NCBI GenBank assembly: GCA_039545335.1
Contig: BCIN01000003.1
Coordinates: 2,613,060 to 2,677,059 of the forward strand
Origin: Kondoa subrosea
Taxonomy: Eukaryota
Direction of reading: 5' to 3'
Length of the DNA stretch: 64,000 bases
The position numbers and the translations under genes are program-made. Below the pieces are notes generated by a model that was given only the letters and a program-made list of their open reading frames with translations, did not search any database and was not told the origin of the DNA. This document shows positions 1-10,817 of this stretch, piece by piece. The number at the start of each line of letters is the position of its first letter. Position 1 is the first letter of the stretch.

Positions 1-3000
1 TACCACGCTGGTTCGACCAGGTACTTGATTTGGAAGAGCAAGGAGTGCAGAAATGCCGAAGAGTTTATCAGGCTTAGGAGAACTATGAGGTGTTCCAAGA
101 CGAGGAGAATAAAGTGCCGAGTCCTGTAGCGGATATCAGTGACATTCTGGAGTAGTGATTGCCGACAACTTACCGTGCTGACTGGCAACAGTCCTAATTG
201 CTGTGGCTTGTTCCCGGTAGTGGTTTTGTCAAGGTATGCCAGAGCGACGACTCCATGCTCCGGAAGAAAGCATGAGGTGGGAGACTCCTTTGGCGTGTTT
301 CCAGTATCGTGCAAGCAAGTTTTCTCCTTAGTGTCCGCATTGAATGCTAAAACATCACCCCGCTTGGTAGTAATTAGATACTGAGCAGTATCAGGCACTT
401 GATAGATGCGACGGGGAATGCTGCGAAGCTTGGCGCTGGCGCTTGTAGATGCAGAAATATCAATGGCGGCGGAAGTCGAAACGGAGAAATACTTTTTTGG
501 TTGCGGAGGTGGAGCAACACTCTTCTTCTTCCCTAGCTTGATCGGTACAATTTCGTCTTCATCAGATGATAACGTTACAGACTGTGCAACTTGAGAAGTG
601 CTCGCTACTGGTGCCGCAGCCCTTCGTATTATGGCTTGAGCTGCAGGCTGCTTCTTTACTACAGGTTGTCTGACCAGCACAGGCTTTGTAATCACTTTCG
701 GCGGTGCTTGGGCTGATTCCTGTCTTGGCTCGTTGTCTGGCGAAACACGGACGCTTACCGTCGATTCGATCAATGGAGCCGATCTTGTTTGTTGCAATCT
801 TCTGACACGCATTTCCTCCTCTTCTCTTTCGATCTCTTTGTTGAGATCAAGCGCTTCTCGAATCAAGGCTTGCCGTTCTTTCAGCTTCTCGATTTTAGCT
901 GCTCTATCGGCCCAGTACTCTTCTTCCTCTGCGGTCAAAGTAGGTGGTACTACTACTAGTTGTTGAGCAGGGTCTTGATTTCCGAGCAATACCCTCGGCG
1001 GTTCTTCGATTTCTGAGACTTCTTCTTCATCAACTTCCATCCTGCTTGTTCCTCTATGTACACGAGACAAAGATCTTTGCTGGCCCTGAAACAGATCACC
1101 TGAATTCACTCTTGTTCGCTTGGATTCCCGTACAGATGATTGATGAGCTGGAGCTTCAACAGCAATAACATCATCTGACGAATTGTTCTCTTCGGAAGAA
1201 GACGCAGGCGATCGGGTCCGTTTCTGAGACTGAGAATGGGAAGTCATGATAGGAGCAGATGCTTGTTCAGCTTGTCTTGATGTTGATGCGATAGGCCGCG
1301 ATTGGGCAGATGTTACAGACGAAGAGTGAGGTTGATTCACCAAATGCACCGCATTTGAGGCAGCAGTTGAAGCAAGAGAAGGTTTGATAGTAGCTTGCCG
1401 ACTTTGGACCGATTGATTTGATTGAGCAGAAGTAAGGCTTGTATCTTGAAGTTGGCAACTTTGCGTAACATTGCTTTGCATAGCACGAGTAGGTAGAGTA
1501 TTTGTTGCCGCATCTCTCGGAGCAGAGGACGTTGGAGCGAAAGAATGAACAGGTCGATTAGAATCGGTATGACTCTGGCTGGCATGCATATTTGCAATCA
1601 CTGTCTGGAATGCAGTCTTCTGAGGCGATGTTGCTTGCAATTGATGTTGTGATGGAGGAGCAGGAGAAGGCAGAACTGCTGCGATTTGTCTTTCCAGACT
1701 CGTCAAGCCAGGAATAGGTTGATCTTGCATTGCGACAGCGGGGAGAGGTTGTACAGGAGCAGCGAGTGACTGAGTAAGCTCAGGAAGCTCAGGGAAAGAC
1801 TGTTCTTCCGCTTCGACAACAAGCGTAGACGGTCTTGGAGTGAATTTGCGGACATTGAGCTGATCGTTCAAGATTGCGAACTCGAGACCAGCAGTCACTC
1901 TAGCGATATCATTCAGCTTGTACACCCTGACTCTGATCTCGTGCTCACCTCCTAGTATCCTCAAGCAACCTCAACACAAATGTCCGGGTGAAGGACCGGT
2001 TAACCTTCTTGAGTCCATCCACTCTCGTAGTAGTCAATTCCAGATAGTCACCTTGCACAGTAACCAACAAAGCTGGTTGTCCAAATTCGCCAAACACGTT
2101 AGGTAAATACCAAGCATCGAAAATGAACTCTCTTCTCCGATTAGCAAAATCATGTTCTGTCGCAGGAAATCTTCTCAATTTATTGATGATGCTTTGCTGG
2201 GAGATATTCACTTCATCCCTTCTTCCATTACTGGTAGGTGTTACCAAATTTCTTTCTTCAACCAATTGATGTTGACCAAACCAAACTTCCGGATCGTCTT
2301 TATTTGGATCAAGGACTTTTCCATTGATTGAGAAAGAGAAGACAGCATGAGGAGCGTAAAAGTCAAACATTGCTCCGCGGTTGCTATCGAAGCGGCTGAA
2401 GAATAGTTCAAGAAATTTGTATATTTGTGCTCGAAGAAGTAAATTATCGACTTCTGCGTCTAGGGTTGGAGTGCCGACATCTGAGCTTCGAACTTCTTTT
2501 GGATAGACGACTGGGAGATAGCTGAGGGGAAGGGGAGCGGAAGGAGATGGCGGACGAGAAAGAAGAGGTAAAGTCGGTTTAATATCTTCCGTTGGGGAAG
2601 GCACTGTTCTCGATACGACTGGTGACGCTGGTTCTTCTTTAATTAAAGTTCGCGGAGGCTCGGTGGCTAGCTGATGCGCGTCTGGTAGATTAACCCGAGG
2701 GATTGGTTCAGGTGCATCCGAATCAATTTCCATATCCACCTCTTGTGAAGGGGTAGCCGAAGTAGCTTGAGGCGGGTTTGTTAACTGTCTGGGCAAGATC
2801 GTCGCTGGTTGTACGGGTGCTTCATTGCTAATTCTCGGCGTGAGACTTGGTCGAGGAAGATTGGTGAGCGGTTGCAAGCCAAGTGTGGCAGTGATCTCGT
2901 CGTCTGAGATTTCTTGACCTGGATCAGCTAGCGGAAAGCCATCGAGCATTGATTCATCGAAATTTGACTGGCTAGATGAGGCTACTGGTACAGGTGATGG

Positions 3001-3576
3001 TTTCCGTAGCGCTGTAGGCACTGTAGGTGGCGCAATGGAAGGGCGAGAAACAGATGCGGCGCGATAAACCGGGGGAGAATGTCGCATAGGCAATTGAGAA
3101 GAAGGTCGTTTTTCAGGCGAGACAGATTCGGCTTGAAAAAGAGGTCGACTGTTTCCAATTGATTCCACTTGAGTAGACGGAAATATTTGAGAAGAGACAG
3201 GTCTACTGCTACGAGGAGGGCTCGGACTACGTCTTCGCGGCGGCGGGCTAATGCGCCTGACATAGGATTGAGGCAAACGAGACGAAGAGGCCTGCGAAGC
3301 CGGCCTTCGGTCTCTATCATTAAAGGAAGGTCTTGTATCTGATGGTCTGCGTGCTTCCTCTGTTCTGTCTCTTCTAGGTCCAGACGGTATATCGTCATAT
3401 CGATAAGCTGGTCGCCTGTCTGGAGATCTTGGGCGCTTGTACACTCCACTACTGGAGAACATGCCTCTGCCTCTGGTAGCTGAGCGAACGACAGGAACAT
3501 CTTCTCTTCTGCGCTGCCATCTATCTCTTTCAACATTTGGCTGCAAATCCTCCCTTCGTGCAGCATTGTTAGACAT
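1..3576 (-). CDS. Large protein: RS/Pro-rich N-terminus, NTF2-like domain (Mex67/NXF-type), long low-complexity linker, probable beta-propeller/WD40 region; 3' end runs off the window
   Basis: ORF 1945-3576 contains 'IYKFLELFFSRFDSNRGAMFDFYAPHAVFSFS...RSFTRTFVL' (NTF2-like). An intron (GTGAGC at 1948 to TAG near 1900) joins a long stop-free frame down to ~174. After a further GTAAGT intron the frame reads 'PHSSPKPDKLFGISALLALP...SVV', resembling a WD-repeat blade. Confidence 0.7.
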
Positions 3577-3844
3577 GGTATCCTTATGAATAGCGTAGAG
3601 GTATCAAGAGTCTGTGGTATGACCTTCGTGGTGTGGGTGAAGAAGCAGCATTATGCATTGGCCACGATAGCCAGTTTGTTCAAGAAATGATGGTTTGATC
3701 TTGTTCACCATCCCACCCTCTGCTTCGCGCTTTCTCGTGTGAGCACAGCATATTCTTATGTACAGACATCTGCTCAGACTTTTCCTTGCGAAGATCGCTT
3801 CTGATCTTTCACCTTTTCAAAAATCAACACAGCAATACTTCAAT

Positions 3845-4764
3845 ATGGTGAAGTCAAGTGAGCTGCCCTGCATCAGTCTACTAGTAATCCAGAGTCAACT
3901 CATTATCTCCGTTACAGTGTCCAGTCCTGAATACGTGCTTTGTTTGCTTCAATCACTAAAGCCGATCTGACTTCGGATTCCGCTTCAGCAAGCTCTGATC
4001 GAGAAGAGTACATCATCTTCTGTATATCAACCTGTTCTAGCTAATACGCTTGTTCCGCTTGGGTGTTAGTTCACTACAGCGAGTAAGTCGCGTTCATCGA
4101 ATTTTTGTTGATCTCATACTGATACCTTTTGCAGGCGTTATACGGATGATACGAATCACGAATTTAGACATGTGCGGTCATAGCTTGTGTTGTGAGCATT
4201 TGCTAAGCAGTACAACGAACCAGGTCATTTTACCTAGGTAAGTTTGCGATATCAAAGGAATATTAGCAGGACTGATGAGTTTCTGCAGTAATGCTCTTCT
4301 CACAAAATGGAAATAGCAGTACTGACAATGGTCACAGAGTCGATGCTAGAGTACATTCCGGTACGCGCTTCGGCTTCAACCCTATGGCATCTGATTCCGT
4401 CTTGCAGAAAACCTACTTTCAGTCCGACAAGAAGACCCTACGTATACTGAGCGAGGATGAGTGGAGAGGTGTGTCTAGCGATGCTCTGATTTGCTGCTTT
4501 TGAATTCTGCTTGTAGGTCTTGGTATTGTACAATCACTTGGATGGGAACGTGAGTGCTGTCATACTACATTCCGCACAAAGCTGACTCAGTGTTTCTCAT
4601 TGCAAGACTGTTTGTTCGATTGGCTGGTCAAAGTAGACAATGTGCTAATTTTTGACTTCTTCAGATGAAGTCCATCAGCCTGAACCAAGTGGGTTCACAA
4701 GTCACGGCCAGCTAAATGCTCATACCTCTTCACAGACATCCTCATCTTCCGTAGAGATCACTAA
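3845..4764 (+). CDS. CKS1: Cyclin-dependent kinase regulatory subunit Cks1/Suc1, 94 aa from 12 coding exons
   Basis: Spliced translation: [94 protein letters not shown]. It contains the CKS motifs IHYS, [18 protein letters not shown].GWEHY and PEP.IL.FRR. Confidence 0.95.
4237..4337 (+). other. Putative [D1,2] stwintron (intron nested in the donor of another intron) in CKS1
   Basis: Internal intron 4238-4288 (GTAAGT...ACTGAT...CAG). Its removal joins G4237 to TAATG to make donor GTAATG of an external intron ending ACTGAC...CAG at 4337. This restores CCT AAG TCG (P-K-S). Confidence 0.8.
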
Positions 4765-5045
4765 TCGAGTGATTGTAAGCTTGACTTCGGTCGTTCCGAT
4801 ATGTGTTCCTCACGCCCTGTGCAGGGGTGGGAATTTACACCAGATCTCAACAGATTGCTTAACGACATGGGCATTTACATCTTTCGGCAGGGGCATTTCA
4901 TGCATAAACTTTCCTCTTTCATGATTTTTTTCGGCTCGCACTGTATCAATTGTATCTTTACTACTGCTTTTCTTGCATTTGCCTGTATCTGGATTCTATT
5001 CTAATATTTGAGGATTTCAGTCCCTATCCAATTATCCCAAAGCAG

Positions 5046-6900
5046 CTAGAAAGCAGCTTTACCATCCCTTGCAGCTTTGGCGGAGAGGAAAGCCGCATTT
5101 GACCAAGTAAGATGTTCAGCTCCTTCTGGTTGACCGTTGAACCTGTTGAATTGCTCGCGGAAACTTCCATGCGGTCCTGCAAAGTCTCTACAGATGGCGA
5201 CGAAATGATCTCCTCTTGCTCTAATAGCGACGAGTACTGCAGTGTGAAACTGAGTAGAGGAGAAAATGACGTCGTGGATGATTTGGCCAGGAAGCAAACT
5301 TTCGTAGAAAGGACGAGAGATAGAAGTGACTTGTATGACATTGTCTTTGAGCTCCAACTCCGCACGGTAGAGAAGTTCAGCATGAGCTAGGCAGCAGAGA
5401 TACCATGCATGTCCGACAGATAATCCAACGCCATCATACACGTCCTCTTTACCAATGATCAGGTTGGTCATAGCAAAGGGAAGGCAAGAAATCCATACCA
5501 GGGTATCTGCCTACAGCACAGGCGAATTGCTTCTCGTACTTCTTGTTGATCGGATAGAATCTATGCCCATCTGATCAGTCGAAGCAATGCGAGGGCAGCG
5601 GTATCGAACCTCATGCTGTCGACAACAGCCATATGAGTAGCCAGAACTTTATCGGAAGCTGCTGTCCATCGATCGCCAGTGTTACCAGCATGTATGATAG
5701 CCAGTATGTTGGCAGTGTCGAGACCGGAAACCTTTGCTCTTCTTTGGGCTCCCATCGTGTTTTCGTCATGTTGAGAAACCATTAGATAGCCCTTTTCGGG
5801 GTTCCAGAACGTTTCGAGCCTCTGACTGATGTCTTGAGCTGCAGTGTCGTACTTCTCAGCCGATTTGATGTCGCCCAAGTCTCTGGCGAAAGCAGCACCG
5901 TCTCGCATAGAACGCAAAGAGACTAAGAGGGTGTAAAAGTGGTTGCCATAGCTCTCTTCCCAAAGCTCGTAGCCAGGTTTATCCCAGTAAGAGGCAGTGT
6001 GATCCAGATCGGCTTTGATGACATTTGTGGTCATATCCTTGCAGTCATACAAGTGTTTTGCAATGTATTCTTTGGCGCGGACAGGGTCGATGACCAGAAG
6101 ATGCTTTGCAAATGCGATCAAAGTAGCTGAGCGTAAAGCTGGACCGTCATGCTGAGGGCGACACCACTTTCCTGTAAAAATCTTGAGCTTAGACGTCCTT
6201 TCGAGCAGCTTTCTGTTGAAACACCTACCGAGGTATGGTTTACGATCGACCATCCATTTGACTTCTCCCAATCCTCCGGATTGAGGACCCTGCGCAAGCA
6301 TTAATAACATAATATGGTTGTGCAGCTGTTTTGACGCACCCCGCAGGGATTTATGCCCTGTTGCATTTCTCGAGTAGCTACGAAAGACATCAGACCGCCA
6401 TACTGCACCTCGATATGGATAATCACCCTCGACGAAATCGTTCAGGATAGAGAACATAGACTCATCACCTGAAAACCCATCAGGATCGCTCGAACCTCGT
6501 TGTGCAAATGGACTTACCTTCCTGCCATTTCTGCAGAACAGCTCTCATACAAACGCTTGAGTCGCGTGTCCACTGGAACCTTCGTTGATGTCTTAAATAC
6601 AGATGCGCTCTTGTGAAGGGTCTCTCACCAATAATTGGGCACGTCCTTTGAGACGGCGGCAACGATGCATCCAGGAGCAGTGCCATCTGGATGAACATTG
6701 GCTAAGAAGTTTTTCCAGCATATCTTGGCTTGGACTTCAAGGTATTGGTTCAGAGACATATTTGAGTCGGACCTCGTGACCACTAGTGAATCCATTTGCA
6801 CTTGCGCAGGCTCGTCAGAGGTAGTCGAAGAAACCAGCTTGGGCTCGAGAAGATCGCTTCCGGGTGAAGCGAGAGTAGAAGTAAGACCGCGTTCAGACAT
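5046..6900 (-). CDS. Glucoamylase, glycoside hydrolase family 15 (no obvious signal peptide or CBM)
   Basis: Spliced motifs PNYWFQWTRDSS, GGLGEVKW, WCRPQHDGPALR, YELWEE, GRYPEDVYDG, EQFNR..G, LTWS.AAFL. Confidence 0.93.
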
Positions 6901-7438
6901 TATCAAGTTATATAAGTAGAAGAAAAAGAAGAAGAGATGTGGATCTTAAAGAGTCAGGAAAAGCAATTCAAACGTTCGAGCTATGTCAACAATAGCTCCG
7001 AACGACTTCCGAATGGTTCTGTGGCTGAGAAAAGAACAAAGGGCCGATTCTGAAGCTATGAAGTATTGCACCGTGCTTGTATGCTGTGAATGGAGTGCAT
7101 CGAGCACCACTAGAGCGACCAAACAAGATGATGCGCGGACATAGATCAACAAGCGGTGAAAGTGAATAAATCCGGTCTCCACAATACATAGCTGTGCGTA
7201 GCTGTACAATCTATCCGAAGCCGTTAGACGCACAGCCATTGAGAAAGCAGAGAACGCACCGAGGGTGACCTGATTGGATATATAGCTCCGAAAGAAAAGG
7301 GTAAAATGCAAACTGCCATCGTGCGACAGACTAGGTGCTACTGTTAGCGGCGGTCGCTAAATTGTCAAGTCACGCACCATGTGTCTTACTTCCCAAGGTC
7401 TGGTCATCGACGGCCGGTCCAAACGAGCATGGGTTCAT

Positions 7439-10400
7439 TCACATAATACAGCAGTCTTCTGTACTTAGACCATCTGTAACTTGGATCAGCCAAGTCTACT
7501 CCGAACAGACACAGCTTACATAGTGCTTTGTCGACTTCCTTTTCCTTTAGTCTCCAATCCGTTCTTCTTTGCAGCAATTCGTAAGCACTGGTTCTGACTT
7601 AGTACGCATCGGATTGTAACAGTTTGAAGACTTACTCCTCACTACGCATTGTCCCTTCATATCTTTGAACATCTTTGACCAAAGCCGCTAGATCCTTAGG
7701 TGCTTCGACTATATAGAGATTGCAGATCATCTTCAGAGCTGTGAAATATGGCGTGATCGATGCTTGGCGGAGCGACATAACGAAAGTATGGTAGGCGTTA
7801 ATATCACTGATGACCTGAAGACCCCCATCGGGCGATATCATAGATCTTTTGAGGTGTTTTAGGATTATGCTAACAGTCACGTGTAAATTCCGGCGTTCGA
7901 TAAGACATTGAAAAGCTTACCCATGCAGGCGTAGACCGATCTCAACGTAGAAGACCTCCAGAATCTGCTTATCGGTATTTCCCTTCAGCATGTCGCAGTG
8001 CGTTTTCAGACATTGAACGACAGCTCGACAAGCGGGTGTAGGTTGCAGGTCCATATCTTCCATATTAGCAGGACAATAATCCGTTGGTTCTTGCTTCGTG
8101 ACCAGAAGATGCTCAGCTTGAGTCATGAGCAATTGAACACCGGTATTGAGACCGCTGGCTACTTGATCGTCTAGAGCGCCTTCGAAACGTTTCTTCTCTC
8201 GCACAACAATGTTGAGGAAATCAGTTCTATCGATGAAGGAGGCCTACAAGGATATCAGCTTGGCAATAATGAAGAAACAGGTCGAATCTACCATTTCTTT
8301 CTCGTAAAAGACCTGAATCATTTGGCCTATTGTATCACCAATATGAACAAGCTCGAAGAATTGAACCAGAGGAGCGACATTTCTCTCTTCTTCGTGCTCT
8401 TCTGGTTTATAAGCAGCCATTTGAGCAATAGCTCTGACCACGAATCAGTTTACATCATCTTCAACAATATCGGTGCTCACTTTTGGAAACCTGGAACAAT
8501 GTGCCGTTCGGAAAGCGTTTGCAACAGTACAATGAAGACTTCTTCTATTGTATCACGAACTTTGATACCGTAAGTTCCCGGATAGCCAGCAAAAGTTTGA
8601 ACGCGTTTGAGTACATCTCGGTCGGCTTGAATGAGTTGCAAAGCAATATCGAGGGAAAGGAGTAATTGAAGTTTCGCGAATTGATCGGCTGAAGGTTTGG
8701 TAGGAGGAGGTTGCACATCCAAAGAAAGTCGGTTGACCGTCCATTCCGGCGCATCTTGGTCAAAATCAACTACTTCTTCATCTACTGTGGAGTTTGGCTT
8801 GATCACCGATGCAGGAGATGCTTGTCCGACTCCAACTAGTCCACCTAGACCAGCTCCAATGGTTTGGACCGCGTTGAAAGTTCCGGTAGTGACGGCAGTG
8901 AGTGAGTAAGCGACGGTCTTCGGAACAATAGTGACAGGCATGAGTAGAGCTTTGCCAAAACTTGCCATAACATTACGTTTGACCAAAGCTGGATTAGAAG
9001 ATGTAAGAAATGTGCCTGCTGAAAGACTTGGATCTTCTGCTGCCAATTTATCGTTGAAGACTTTACAGCTATCTTCTAGCACTGATCGGACCCAGTCTTG
9101 CTCTTCCTGCAGATAATCGTCCATGTGCAGCTCGAACATTCGGTAGATTACATCTTCAGCTTGATGTTTTGTTATCAGATGCGACTCAGCGTCAATACCC
9201 AACAGGCACGGCACCAGCCGTGAGACTTGAGCAAAAGTTGCCGCTGTCGCTAAAAGGAAGAGAGGATTTGCGAGGGATTGAGCGGCAGACAGTAAAGGTG
9301 TGATGTATTCAGAGATCTTCTTTCCCGTCAAGCACGATTTAAGAGCGTCAGATCGGACTCACTACGTCGGTAGCTATCCGTTCAGCGAAATCCAAAAGCA
9401 CCCCACTGTCTTTTGGAAACACTTTTGCTATGACTTCTCCTTCTTTTTTGACCACATCCAGAACAAAAACCATATAGCGATCCATTGCAGCGAAATCGAT
9501 ACCGTCCACTATTTCTCCCGTGGTGCTTTCTGGGTTAGGGATCTTGACCAAATTCTTCAACGGATTATGCGATTGATCGTAGAAGATCTCTCTTCGGTTG
9601 ACAAAGACTTGAACGATGTTCTTATTGCTTGCACCGCTTAAGCTGTTGAGCATATTAGCTGAAGTACTAGCTGTTGTTGGTAACGCCCAAGCGACGGTCG
9701 CGCATCTTTTCATCGCTTCTAGATCATTCCGGATATCAGCCTTTTCAAATTCTGCCAGAATTGCACCCTCGAAGAAATCGATTGCGCTCTCGAGATTGCG
9801 TTTGTATATGTTTAGTGTTGTTGCTGATCGAGTGGGAGACAGAGGCTGGATTAAGAGGTGTGTAAGGGAAGCCAATAGTCTGGCACGGTTCAGCTGAGAC
9901 AGAGTGGTTTGCGTAAAGAGTAAAGAAGAGGTCGTATGTATTTGCAACGAGAGATAGTACGGTATCAGGCTTGTATATGCCTTGATGAAAGCTTCTTTTG
10001 CGCTTTCGCCAATTGTATTGATTACAGCTGCTTCAGGTTGCGCTGAATTCTTCTTGAGCTCATTGCTTATGTTCATGCTGATATCTTCCGACCCATCGTC
10101 ATCAAAAGACAGCAGATCGTTCGCTGCCTTTGACTTAGCAGCACTTTCTTGAAAGCCATTGCTTGTAGCGACAAAGTCTCCAAAGTCGTCCTCATCGTCC
10201 CCGATCGTGAAGAGGACATCTTGATTGATTGACTCCGCTTGACTCGGTGTTCGACTATGCGTAGCATCTTCTGTTGAGGCTTGACCATTCGCTTGCTTTG
10301 CAACTACTGGTTTCCGTTGCTCTAGATCCAGGAGCCTGAGTTTTGCATTCCATACTACATCATCCTTTGCAAGTACACTCAAACGACGAGAACAGAGACA

Positions 10401-10562
10401 CAGAGAGCGGACATCAGGCAAAGTTGCATGAGAGAGAATCAACAGCATTGCAGCCTCGGGCAGACGACCTATCATACGCGTTTCGCTGGTCTGTCCAACG
10501 CTCGTAGGTGTAAGTAGGCTCCATCTTGAGGGCTTCACAGGCGGCTTAATGCCTCTTGCCAT
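7439..10562 (-). CDS. RCY1: Recyclin Rcy1/Pof6: F-box + Sec10-like domain, C-terminal CAAX box
   Basis: F-box 'RLPEAAMLLILSHATLPDVRSLCLCSRRL'; Sec10-like 'PLVQFFELVHIGD', 'KKRFEGALDDQVASGLN', 'GGLQVISDIN'. The last exon ends ...LSTEDCCIM*. Confidence 0.92.
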
Positions 10563-10817
10563 CGTTGAATGTCAACAGCCTGTTTCAAGCGAAAGCGAAA
10601 GCTGGTTATTCTGCAAGTGCGACATGGTGGTACCGAGATCTGTACTGCTTATACTGTAGTGTGCCAATCCCACGCGCTATTGCGGCCTACATTTCCATGG
10701 CATTCTCACTTTAAAGTAGACAAAGGAAAACTACTTCTATCAGATGATGTACTCTAAGTGTCTTCTCTGCTCTCCCCTCACGCCTTTTCTCCTTTCTGTC
10801 TGTTCATTTACCGTAAT

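Noticed and set aside
139..1597. Many short ORFs in the track here and elsewhere
   Set aside because: Antisense or out-of-frame shadows of the spliced genes listed above.
4280..4287. Alternative 8-nt micro-exon explanation for the CKS1 double intron
   Set aside because: Needs a GAG acceptor immediately adjacent to the branch site and inserts three residues into the conserved HVILPK motif; disfavoured, not excluded.
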